Under the pieces are notes generated by a model. It saw only the letters and a program-made list of their open reading frames with translations, ran no database searches and was not told the DNA's origin. Below, piece by piece: positions 44,824-53,260 of a stretch of DNA of 53,260 nt. Both the position numbers and the translations under genes were made by a program. The DNA comes from a virus (Duplodnaviria; Caudoviricetes), in the IMG/VR virus record IMGVR_UViG_3300036830_000043, positions 1 to 53,260 of that record. One strand, written 5' to 3'. Position 1 is the stretch's first letter. Each line of letters opens with the position of its first letter.

Positions 44824-46548
44824 TTAAACTTTTTCAAGGGCCACCACGTTGTTGACAAGCAAGTCAGCCCTGATGCGCGCCTCAAGGTCCGCTGCATCTT
44901 TCACCCCCAACGCGTGGGCTGTGGCCACGTCGGTGCCGAACTTAAACCAAAAGCGCTGATAGCCCTCGCGCTCCCCACGGCCCTGATGCAACTGCCAACC
45001 CTGCCATAGTTGCCAGGCTGCGCGCAGCGTCGCTTGGGCGTCCTGCCGCTCTGCGTGGCGCTTGCGTATGGACTGGGCCACCACATTATCAGCGCCCCGC
45101 GGTATCACGGCCGGGTTGTCAATGCGCGCGATTTCACCGCGTAGGGCTGCGAGCGCCGCGGGGTCAAGCTCCACCAAGTCACCTTCCACCTGGTCAGGCG
45201 TGCCACGTCGCTGTGGTGGTGGTTTCGTGCCGCACTCCGGGCAGCCAGGCAGCACCACGGGATATGGTTGCAGGTATAGCGCGCAGGCTTCGTTGAGACA
45301 CGGCCGCAATGGTATGGCATCGTCCATGGTCCCACGGCTGCGCTTCTCGCGTCGCGTCAGCTTATAGGTCTGTTCCACATCGGGGAGCCCGTGGCGCTGG
45401 TAGTTGTTCACGTGGTCAATGATGATGGCCGCAGGCTTGACACTAGCGGCAATCAAGGCCAAGCGCTGCTGGTCGGTGTAGCCGCCCCATTCACGGTTTT
45501 GCTGGTCCGTGACCATGATGCGCAACGCGCGGCCGAACTGCTGCGCGTATAGTTGGAAGCTCGCGGTGTGCCGGGCCATGCTGACTACTTCGACAGCGGG
45601 CACGTCCACGCCTTCACCCAACACATCGACGCTGACCAGTTGGAGTATCTGCCGCGCGCGGAACTGGCGCATAAGTTGGCCGCGCACAAAGAGTGGCGTT
45701 TTAGCGGTGATTATTTCCGCGGGTATCCCGGCCTTGCGGTAGCCCGCTGCAATCTCCGTGGCTGCCTCGATGTCCACCGCGAAGGTTATGCCTAACTTTC
45801 CCGCGGCAAAGCGCATGTAGTGCGCCACCACGTCACCCACTATGGATTTGTTGCGATGGATGGCGATACGCAGGCGTTCCGGGCTGAAGTCACCTGTGCC
45901 GGTGATATTCACGTCACTCATGTCCGTGGTGTCCGGTGGCGCAATGAGCCGGTAATCACACAAGAAGCCGCGGTTGATAAGCTCGCGCCCGTGCGGTCCC
46001 AACACCAGCCGGTCAACTAAGCCGTCAGCGCTGCGGCCAAGGCCCTTGCCATCAGCGCGGTACGCATGCGCCGTGGGAAATAGACCGCGCGCATTCTTGG
46101 AGAACATCTCCATGGCGCTGCCCCACTTGTTATCTTTCAACACGTGGTGGCCTTCATCCTGCACAATCAAGCCGACTTGCTGCAACCAGCGGTCAGTGGT
46201 GTCATGATTCAGTAGCGTGTCAACACCAGCGACGCGCACCGGAGCACGGGGGCTGTAAAAACTGCGCCCGTGCATCTCCATTTCAAGTTGTATGATTTGC
46301 TTCTGAATCGCCGCGGGGGCAATGATGCCATGTTGGACTTCTTCACGATTGAGGGCCAGGGCGGCTTGGCCAACTAATTCTTGACGGTGCGATATCAGGC
46401 ATGCTGGTTGGTCCATCTCTTTGACGATATCGCAGAAAACCACGGTTTTGCCGCCACCTGTGGCCATCACCGGCATGACCACACGGGCGCCTTCGTGCCA
46501 TGCGCGGTAGGTTTCTGCCTTCAGTTCAACTTGGAAATCACGAAGCAC
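44824..46548 (-). CDS. SF2 DEAD/DEAH-box helicase
   Basis: TGGGKT, DEGHH, EGVDVP, QQFGRALR; C-terminal Zn site. Confidence 0.92.
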   Translation of the reverse strand: MLRDFQVELKAETYRAWHEGARVVMPVMATGGGKTVVFCDIVKEMDQPACLISHRQELVGQAALALNREEVQHGIIAPAAIQKQIIQLEMEMHGRSFYSPRAPVRVAGVDTLLNHDTTDRWLQQVGLIVQDEGHHVLKDNKWGSAMEMFSKNARGLFPTAHAYRADGKGLGRSADGLVDRLVLGPHGRELINRGFLCDYRLIAPPDTTDMSDVNITGTGDFSPERLRIAIHRNKSIVGDVVAHYMRFAAGKLGITFAVDIEAATEIAAGYRKAGIPAEIITAKTPLFVRGQLMRQFRARQILQLVSVDVLGEGVDVPAVEVVSMARHTASFQLYAQQFGRALRIMVTDQQNREWGGYTDQQRLALIAASVKPAAIIIDHVNNYQRHGLPDVEQTYKLTRREKRSRGTMDDAIPLRPCLNEACALYLQPYPVVLPGCPECGTKPPPQRRGTPDQVEGDLVELDPAALAALRGEIARIDNPAVIPRGADNVVAQSIRKRHAERQDAQATLRAAWQLWQGWQLHQGRGEREGYQRFWFKFGTDVATAHALGVKDAADLEARIRADLLVNNVVALEKV

Positions 46549-46870
46549 GGGTTAGATATCTCTCTGCATTCTGTATGCCTTCCAAGTTGTCGCCCAATCT
46601 TCCAATTGCCAAGTTGCAGTCATTGCAGAGCCAGCCGCGGAATATACCCGTTTCGTGGTTGTGGTCACAACAAAGTTGCTTAAATTCTTTCGAGCAACAT
46701 TCGCACGCAGCAGGCATTGGCCGGGTGGGTTCTGGCATGCCCCGTTTTTTACGTTGACCTTTTAAACTGGTTAGCCGTCTTTTCTCATAATACGCTTCTG
46801 GATTTTCTGCTATCTGCTTAGCTCTCCATTTAGCATTTTGTTCAGCTTGTTTTACGGGGCACCTTGACAT
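46538..46870 (-). CDS. Endonuclease VII-like HNH endonuclease
   Basis: CECC...DHNHETG..RGWLCNDCN..IG; low GC. Confidence 0.85.
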   Translation of the reverse strand: MSRCPVKQAEQNAKWRAKQIAENPEAYYEKRRLTSLKGQRKKRGMPEPTRPMPAACECCSKEFKQLCCDHNHETGIFRGWLCNDCNLAIGRLGDNLEGIQNAERYLTRAS

Positions 46871-46893
46871 GGTTGTCACGATAGCAATAGAAT
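46864..46893 (+). promoter_or_regulatory. Promoter TTGACA-N18-TAGAAT with an operator at 46865-46878
   Basis: Near-consensus hexamers; TGACatggttGTCA at the divergence point of the replication genes. Confidence 0.75.
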
Positions 46894-46932
46894 CCGGCCG
46901 ACGCAACACCCCAACCCCGGAGAACATAGCAC

Positions 46933-47772
46933 ATGCAACTAATGATTGACACGGCCGCGGACCCAACAGACCTGTTGCGCCGTGCTGCCGCTTTCCTTGT
47001 TACCGAAGCCGACGCGCGCGACGCGGAAGACCACGGCCCCACCCTTCCCATTCGACCTAACACGCTGCGCATCCCCGAATTGGCGGCTGCTGGTGAGACG
47101 GCGCCCGTGGTGGATACGGCTGCGATCTTCAGCGCCAACAAGCAACCGGCTGGACTCGATGGCCACGGCCCCAACCCGGTGCCCCTTCCCCTGGTGGCAC
47201 CAAAACCACCTGTTGCGCCCGCACCCCCTGCCGCAGCCGCCCCCGTGGGAGATGCTGCCGCCAGTGCCGGGACTGCCCAACCTGCGGCCAATCCAGTGGA
47301 GCGCGATAGCAGCGGCCTGCCGTATGACGCGCGAATCCATCAAGCTGCGCGTGGCAAGAAGCGTGATGGCACTTGGAAAAATCAAAAAGGCATTGACCCG
47401 GCAGTTGTCGCGTCTGTCACCGCAGAGCTACGAAGCGCAAGCCCGGCGCCTGCTGCGCCAGTCACGTCCATAGCACCTCCACCACCTGCTGCATCCGCTC
47501 CGGTGGCACCCCCACCCCCCGCGGACACGGCGAATACCGGCCAGCCTGCTGCACTATCGCCGGGGGCGCCATCGGGCGTGACCGCGTTCCGTGTGCTCAT
47601 GCAGACCATCACGGCCAACACCAACACCGGCAAGTTGAACAATGACGAAGTGGACGCGGCCTTGAAGTCCGTGGGATTGCCACCGCGTCAGTTGATTAGC
47701 TTGGTGCAGAACCCGGACAAGGTGCAGGGTGTCGCTGACTACATAGCGGCTGTGCTGGCCACCAAGGGGTGA
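46933..47772 (+). CDS. Pro/Ala-rich replication-module protein
   Basis: D..GLPYDARIH....K..DGTWK motif flanked by low-complexity linkers. Confidence 0.75.
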   Translation: MQLMIDTAADPTDLLRRAAAFLVTEADARDAEDHGPTLPIRPNTLRIPELAAAGETAPVVDTAAIFSANKQPAGLDGHGPNPVPLPLVAPKPPVAPAPPAAAAPVGDAAASAGTAQPAANPVERDSSGLPYDARIHQAARGKKRDGTWKNQKGIDPAVVASVTAELRSASPAPAAPVTSIAPPPPAASAPVAPPPPADTANTGQPAALSPGAPSGVTAFRVLMQTITANTNTGKLNNDEVDAALKSVGLPPRQLISLVQNPDKVQGVADYIAAVLATKG

Positions 47773-47957
47773 TTCAGTTCGATAAGACGCAACCGATAGA
47801 GATACGCCCCCGCTATGATTTTGGCGGGGGCGTAATTCTCCAAAGGTTAAGCGCCACCAGCTATGCCCACGTACTCACGGCCGAAGTGATGCGCGCGGAG
47901 TTGGTGACATATGAGTCAACCTTGGACGCGCAACATCGACGGAGCCGCACCACTTGA
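47769..47957 (+). CDS. Small hypothetical protein
   Basis: GTGA overlap. Confidence 0.45.
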   Translation: MIQFDKTQPIEIRPRYDFGGGVILQRLSATSYAHVLTAEVMRAELVTYESTLDAQHRRSRTT

Positions 47958-48454
47958 ACGCTGCAAACTTTTCAACCTGCAACCTATACCGCTATTGGTT
48001 GCAGCGAGATATCAGCCCGCCAGTTGACCGTGAGCGCACGCGCTGCCTGTGGGTGATGTTGAACCCATCCACGGCGGATTGCACCGTCAATGACCCCACT
48101 ATTGGGCGCTGCATGGACTTCACAGCGCAGTGGCGCTATGACGACATGGAAGTGGTCAACTTATTTGCGTACCGCTCCACCAATCCCAAGCTGTTGCTGT
48201 TGCCGAAGATTAAGCCCATAGCCGTGGGACCGGACAATAACACGTGGATATTGAAGCGTGCGGCGCTGGCTGACCTGGTGATATGCGCGTGGGGCGCTCA
48301 CAAGTTCGTCAAAGAGCGCGGGGTTGACGTGCTTGCCATGCTGAAGACTGTGGTGCCGCCAGTGCTGATTGGCTGCATAGGCCGCACGCGCGACGGCTAC
48401 CCCAAACACCCTTTGTATGTTCCTGGCAATACTAAGTTGGAGCAATTCGCATGA
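47954..48454 (+). CDS. DUF1643-family protein (UDG-like fold)
   Basis: YRY.L, MLNPSTAD...DPT, NLFA.R.T.P, AWG, P.HPLY motifs. Confidence 0.85.
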   Translation: MNAANFSTCNLYRYWLQRDISPPVDRERTRCLWVMLNPSTADCTVNDPTIGRCMDFTAQWRYDDMEVVNLFAYRSTNPKLLLLPKIKPIAVGPDNNTWILKRAALADLVICAWGAHKFVKERGVDVLAMLKTVVPPVLIGCIGRTRDGYPKHPLYVPGNTKLEQFA

Positions 48455-49593
48455 CCGAAACGTTGGAACGTTCACACACCCGCATTGCGCCAAGCTCGCT
48501 GCACATCACCACACCGTGCCCGGGCTCCGTCATTTTGTCGGAAGCCATGCCGGTCCTGCCGCGCACCGAAGAAGAGTTGGAGGGAGACGCGGCGCATTGG
48601 GTCGCATTGTGGGCTGCGTATCATCAGCTTGAGTTGACCAGCATTGTGGGCCTGAAGGCGCCCAATGATGTGGAAATAACGGATGAAATGATTGACGGCG
48701 CGCTACTGTACGTTGAGACGGTCGGCGCCAACCCGGGCGCAGGTGAAGTGCAATTGGCCATTCCGCGCATCCATCCGACAGAATGCGGGGGCACACCGGA
48801 CTGGTGGACGTGGGACGCAGCCAACAAAGTGCTGCGCGTGATTGACTACAAATTTGGCTTCCGCTTCGTTGAAGTGTGGGAGTGCCATCAGTTGGTGGCC
48901 TACGCGGTGGGGCTCATGGATTTCCTTGGCCTGGCTGAAGAAGACTGCATTTTGGAATTGACTGTGGTGCAGCCACGCAGCTACCACCCGGATGGCCCGG
49001 TGCGCACGTGGCGTGTGGCACCCTCGAAGCTACGCGCCTTCGTCAACGTCATGCACTCAAGTGCGGTGGAAGCGCTTGGCCCGAATCCCTCCACACACAC
49101 CGGGGCGCATTGCCTCGATTGCAAAGCGCGTGCCGCGTGCCTCACGTACCAGCAGACCACCGGGGGCATCATCGACTATTCAGGGAAGGCGCAACCTAAC
49201 CTTCAAACCCCTGACGATGTGTGCCGTGAACTGGCTTTGGTCATGGATGCCCGCCAGCGATTGAAGGGCCGCGAAACTGGCCTAATGGCCATGGCGGAAC
49301 ACTTCGGCCGGATGCACAAACCCACCCCGGGCTTCTCGATGCAGTCCAAGCCAGGGCGCCTGAAGTGGTTGGATGATGTCAGTGTCACCGAAGCTGAAGA
49401 CATGCTGAGGTTGCTGACCAACGGGGAGAAGAGTGCCTTGAAACCCCCGGCGCTGATGACGCCCACGCAGACCAAAAAATTGCTTGGCAAGGCTGGCGCT
49501 GATATAGTTGACATGTATGCCAACCGACCGAACGGCGCCATGCAATTAGTCCGCGACAACATGGCCAAGCTGTCCCGTATATTCCAAAAGTAG
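48451..49593 (+). CDS. Cas4-like PD-(D/E)xK exonuclease (DUF2800-like)
   Basis: PSS..CPGS, G.AAH, GTPD, IDYKFG, QL..YA, HC..C...C. Confidence 0.88.
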   Translation: MTETLERSHTRIAPSSLHITTPCPGSVILSEAMPVLPRTEEELEGDAAHWVALWAAYHQLELTSIVGLKAPNDVEITDEMIDGALLYVETVGANPGAGEVQLAIPRIHPTECGGTPDWWTWDAANKVLRVIDYKFGFRFVEVWECHQLVAYAVGLMDFLGLAEEDCILELTVVQPRSYHPDGPVRTWRVAPSKLRAFVNVMHSSAVEALGPNPSTHTGAHCLDCKARAACLTYQQTTGGIIDYSGKAQPNLQTPDDVCRELALVMDARQRLKGRETGLMAMAEHFGRMHKPTPGFSMQSKPGRLKWLDDVSVTEAEDMLRLLTNGEKSALKPPALMTPTQTKKLLGKAGADIVDMYANRPNGAMQLVRDNMAKLSRIFQK

Positions 49594-49604
49594 GAGAACC
49601 CGCA

Positions 49605-50552
49605 GTGAGCAACGAACGTTTAGAGATTCTTTTCCCCATCGGCCGCTTCGTCCAAGGCAGCTTGACGGAAATGCAGACCACCGACGCGGATGGCAAACCG
49701 CTCAAGGTGAAGAACGGCCCCAACGCTGGCCAGGACACAGAGCGCAGCTTTTTTGCCGTGGCTATCGCGAAGATTGCAGGCCACACACATTGGGCACAGA
49801 CCGAATGGGGCCTGAAGATGTGGAACGCGGCAGCAGCGGCATGGCCACAAGGTCAGAGCGGCAGTCCGTCATTTGCCTTCAAGGTCGAAGACGGTGACAG
49901 CGCCGTGCCCAACACCAAGGGCAAAAAGAATTGTGACCGGCCCGGCTTCCCCGGCCATTGGATTCTGAATTTTGGCAGCGGCTACCCGGTCAAGCTGGTC
50001 AACGGTGATGGCACTGTGGTGCTGACCGAAGCGCAGGCCAAGCAGGTCAAGTTGGGCCACTTCATTCAGGCGTTCGGCTCCTACGTGACCAACAGCAGCG
50101 CGCTGAAGCCCGGCATGTATCTCAACCACGCAGCCGTCAGCTATCAGGGCTTTGGTGAGGAAATCCACCTTGGCATCGACACCACCAAGGTTGGCTTCGG
50201 TGCTGGCGCCAAACCCGCTGGCATGTCCGCTGTGCCGGTTGGTGGCGTTGCCCCTGGCCAGATGGCTGCCGCTGCTGGCGCCCCGCCAATCCCCGCTGCT
50301 GCGGCTGCGGCCCCGCCCATTCCCACTGGCATCCCGTCAGGTGCGCCACCGATTCCGGGCGCTGCTGCGGCGCCTCCCACCGCTGTGGCTCCTGCGGCTC
50401 CGTTCGTGCAGAGCGCCGCAGCCCCGCCACCGCCCGCAGCACCGGCACCCCCGGCCGCTGACCCGGTGACCACCACGGGCATTGCATACGCGTCCTACAT
50501 CGCCCAAGGGTGGACCGTCGCGCAGATGAAGGCGCAGGGCGTTATCGCGTAA
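49605..50552 (+). CDS. Single-stranded DNA-binding protein (DUF2815-like) with a Pro/Ala tail
   Basis: K.EDGD, G..GHW, PGMYLN motifs; position next to the exonuclease. Confidence 0.75.
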   Translation: MSNERLEILFPIGRFVQGSLTEMQTTDADGKPLKVKNGPNAGQDTERSFFAVAIAKIAGHTHWAQTEWGLKMWNAAAAAWPQGQSGSPSFAFKVEDGDSAVPNTKGKKNCDRPGFPGHWILNFGSGYPVKLVNGDGTVVLTEAQAKQVKLGHFIQAFGSYVTNSSALKPGMYLNHAAVSYQGFGEEIHLGIDTTKVGFGAGAKPAGMSAVPVGGVAPGQMAAAAGAPPIPAAAAAAPPIPTGIPSGAPPIPGAAAAPPTAVAPAAPFVQSAAAPPPPAAPAPPAADPVTTTGIAYASYIAQGWTVAQMKAQGVIA

Positions 50553-50689
50553 TGGCTGGCAACCCACGCAGCAACACAGCCAGGGGGCGCGTACCAGCGT
50601 ATGGCGCCTCCTGGTTTAATGCGAACGTGTCACGCCAGCGCAAGCGCAACAAACTGGCGAAGGCCAGCCGACGCAAAAACCGGAAGTGA
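50552..50689 (+). CDS. Small basic protein
   Basis: TAATG coupling; RKRNKLAKASRRKNRK. Confidence 0.45.
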   Translation: MAGNPRSNTARGRVPAYGASWFNANVSRQRKRNKLAKASRRKNRK

Positions 50690-50853
50690 CACGCGTGCCA
50701 ATGGTCCTGGTGTTTAGTTTGAAGTGCTGCCAATGTGGGCATCTATTCACCCGCCGTGAGCAAGACATTGACCCGCAGGATGGGCCAGCTTGTCCACGGT
50801 GCATGGGACCGTGCGAAGTCGAAGGAACAACAAGGGTGGTGGAACGTGCATAG
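50686..50853 (+). CDS. Small zinc-ribbon protein (FmdB-like)
   Basis: CCQCGHLF...ACPRCMG. Confidence 0.5.
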   Translation: MTRVPMVLVFSLKCCQCGHLFTRREQDIDPQDGPACPRCMGPCEVEGTTRVVERA

Positions 50854-51196
50854 TTTAACTTTCGAGCAACTGCGCCACGCCAACGTGCGGCGCATCCCTC
50901 AATTCAAAGACAAGCATGGCAACCTATGCCACAACGCTGATGGCAGCGATTGGGTGCCAGCGCAATGGTTCCAAGCGCTGGTGGGTGAAGTCGGTGAGTA
51001 CGCCAACGAACGCAAGAAGCTCGAACGTGGCGACCTGACACCGGACGAATTCCAAGTGAAGGCAGCCAAGGAACTGGCTGACGTGCAAATCTATTTGGAC
51101 ATCCTGGCCTTCCGTTTAGGCATTGACTTGGGCGCAGCGGTGCAGGCCAAATTCAATGAGGTATCAAGGCGCGTTGGCGCTGACGTGTTCTTGTGA
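50846..51196 (+). CDS. MazG-like nucleotide pyrophosphohydrolase
   Basis: GEVGEYAN..KK...ELADVQIYL...L..AV..KFN. Confidence 0.85.
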   Translation: MHSLTFEQLRHANVRRIPQFKDKHGNLCHNADGSDWVPAQWFQALVGEVGEYANERKKLERGDLTPDEFQVKAAKELADVQIYLDILAFRLGIDLGAAVQAKFNEVSRRVGADVFL

Positions 51197-53260
51197 TGCT
51201 GGCCGGGCAACAGTTCGCCGTTGGGCCGGGCATCGCTACGGTCCAAGCGGACTTCGACTTTGAAACCATCAGCTTCGCGGGATTCGTGTGGGTGCAGGAG
51301 GCCGATGACCACCTAGCGCCGCGCAAACCAGGACACTGGGAATCACTGCCCGGATTCTCACCGCAGAAGCGCGGCTTGAAAGCCGTGGGCATCCGTCCCT
51401 ACGTTGAGCACGAAACGTTCCGGCCGCTGCTGTTGGCCTATGACCTGAAGGATGGCAGCGGCTCGCACCAATGGGAATGGGGCACGCCCTACACCGAACT
51501 TGAACCCCTGTTTGCGCACATCCGCGCGGGCAAGTTGATTGAAGCACACAACGTGGCCTTTGAATGGTCCGTGTGGCAATACTACTGCGTGCCGGTCCTA
51601 GGCTGGCCCGCTCTATCGCTGTCACAGTTGCGATGTAGTGCCGCTAAGTCCCGGGCCAATGCGTACCCCGGAGCGTTGGCGGATGTCGGCTTTGTGACAC
51701 GCATATCAAGGCAAAAAGACCCCGCGGGCGACAAGCTCATGAAGCTGTTTAGCATCCCGCGCAATCCCACGAAAAAAGACCCGCGTGTCATCACGCAGCC
51801 GCACGAGGCGCCAGCGGAGTGGGAGGCATATAAGCGTTACAACATCCGCGACATCGAGGCTGAAGCGGAAGTGAGCTTGAAGAGCCCGGACCTATCGCCA
51901 TTCGAGTTGGAAGCATGGCAGTGTGACCAAGCCATCAATGACCGTGGTGTGCAGGTTGACATAGTTGCCATCGAAAACTGCATAGCGATTGTTGAACAAG
52001 CGTATGAGAAGTACGGCAACGAACTGCGGGCCATCACAGGTGGCATCGAGCCAAGCGAACTTCAGCAGTTGTCCGGTTGGTTGAGCGGCCAGGGCGTCCA
52101 CATGGGCGGCATGGACGAAGAGAACGTGACCATAGTGGTGGACCGGCTCAAGGCTTACGCTGCGGAGAACGGCGGAGATTTGGGCGCGTATCGCAACGCC
52201 TATCGCGTGCTGGAAATCCGGCAGATGTTGGGCAGCGCCAGCGTTAAGAAGTTGTGGGCGCTGCGTGCTTCGGTTGACAAGCATGGCAGGGTGCATGACC
52301 TATATATGTACCACGCAGCCCGCACGGGGCGGGTGACCGGCATGGGGCCGCAGCCTACCAACCTGTACAAAGGCACATGGAATGACATCAAGGAAATCGA
52401 GGCCGCGCTAGAAGTTATCGCGAGCCGCTGCCTTGAGTTGGTGGAATACATCTACAGCCCGAAGCTGTCCGCGCTCGATGTGGTCAACAATTGCCTGCGC
52501 TCGCTGTTCATAGCGGCGCCCTCCAAGGTGCTCATATCGTCGGACTACTCCGCGATTGAAGGCGCTGTGGCTGCGGCGCTCGCGGGCTGCGAATGGCGCC
52601 TAGATGTCTTCCACACGCATGGCATGATTTACGAAACCAGCGCGAGCCGCATCACGGGCGTCCCCTTTGAAGCCTTCGTACAACACCGGCTTGACAGCGG
52701 TGGCGTGGTCACACGCGTTGACGGCAAGCTGTTGGGCATCAAGGGCGGCAAGCACCACCCGATGCGCAACAAACAAGGCAAGTTTGCAGAGCTATCCCTA
52801 GGATTCGGCGGATGGATAGGCGCCATGAAGGGCTTTGGCGCCGACGAATTCTTGACCGAAGAAGAGATGAAGCACGTGATACTGGCGTGGCGTGACGCGT
52901 CCCCGGAACTACCGGAGATGTGGGGCGGACAGAGCCGTGGCCGCTTTGACGATGCGCGCCCGGAGATGTTCGGCCTTGAAGGCTGCATGGTGTCCGCGGT
53001 GCTCAACCCGGGCCAAGCCTTCTTCTACCGTGGCATTGGCTACCAGACGCACGGAGACGTGCTGTATTGCCTCCTGCCGTCAGGTCGCATGCTCACATAC
53101 CACGAACCCCGGCTGGCACCCTCCACGCGTCCGTGGGCGCCTTCGTGGGAGCTTGAGCTAACCTACAGCGGGTGGAATTCCAATCCGATGGCCGGGCCGC
53201 TTGGTTGGGAGCGCATGAAGCTCTACGGCGGGAAGGGATTTGAAAACGTGGTGCAGGCGG
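51196..53260 (+). CDS. Family A DNA polymerase, N-terminal and central part (about 770 aa in total)
   Basis: Exonuclease motifs DFDFET and AHNVAFE; motif A SDYSAIE; motif B RNKQGKFAELSLGFGG; missing from the ORF track because it runs off the end. Confidence 0.92.
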   Translation, partial: MLAGQQFAVGPGIATVQADFDFETISFAGFVWVQEADDHLAPRKPGHWESLPGFSPQKRGLKAVGIRPYVEHETFRPLLLAYDLKDGSGSHQWEWGTPYTELEPLFAHIRAGKLIEAHNVAFEWSVWQYYCVPVLGWPALSLSQLRCSAAKSRANAYPGALADVGFVTRISRQKDPAGDKLMKLFSIPRNPTKKDPRVITQPHEAPAEWEAYKRYNIRDIEAEAEVSLKSPDLSPFELEAWQCDQAINDRGVQVDIVAIENCIAIVEQAYEKYGNELRAITGGIEPSELQQLSGWLSGQGVHMGGMDEENVTIVVDRLKAYAAENGGDLGAYRNAYRVLEIRQMLGSASVKKLWALRASVDKHGRVHDLYMYHAARTGRVTGMGPQPTNLYKGTWNDIKEIEAALEVIASRCLELVEYIYSPKLSALDVVNNCLRSLFIAAPSKVLISSDYSAIEGAVAAALAGCEWRLDVFHTHGMIYETSASRITGVPFEAFVQHRLDSGGVVTRVDGKLLGIKGGKHHPMRNKQGKFAELSLGFGGWIGAMKGFGADEFLTEEEMKHVILAWRDASPELPEMWGGQSRGRFDDARPEMFGLEGCMVSAVLNPGQAFFYRGIGYQTHGDVLYCLLPSGRMLTYHEPRLAPSTRPWAPSWELELTYSGWNSNPMAGPLGWERMKLYGGKGFENVVQA
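53134..53260. repeat. Terminal direct repeat, copy 2 (circular assembly overlap)
   Basis: Identical to 1-127. Confidence 0.95.

Noticed and set aside
25100-46878. Dispersed repeats as a CRISPR array or att sites
   Set aside because: No regular spacing and no cas or integrase genes; the Cas4-like ORF is the ordinary phage exonuclease
53134-53260. 127-bp terminal repeat as a biological direct terminal repeat
   Set aside because: It falls mid-polymerase and equals a common assembler k-mer length (127); best explained as a circular overlap

Overview
The window is an apparently complete, circularly assembled myovirus genome of about 53,133 bp. Bases 1-127 are repeated exactly at 53134-53260, and the family-A DNA polymerase ORF runs across this junction. 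The gene set resembles Bcep781/OP2-type phages. A long minus-strand block (448-29227) holds the lysis, tail, baseplate and head genes (DUF1073 portal, DUF2213 protease, DUF2184 capsid, DUF3383 sheath). Plus-strand blocks of small early genes separate terL from terS. A replication module encodes an NrS-1-like primase-helicase, a TetR-like regulator, VRR-NUC, SF2 helicase, Cas4-like exonuclease, SSB, MazG-like protein and PolA. I saw no integrase, tRNA, CRISPR array or reverse transcriptase. The most unusual signal is regulatory. About 15 perfect copies of a palindrome, TGACRnnnnYGTCA, overlap promoters or lie inside genes. CRP/Clp-like boxes sit at the class II position (about -41.5) of four early promoters and downstream of the capsid-operon promoter. 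An operator-controlled four-gene nucleotide-enzyme insert (cupin, small protein, metallophosphoesterase, dNTP diphosphohydrolase) lies inside the head module. All family assignments come from motif recognition by eye, not from database searches.
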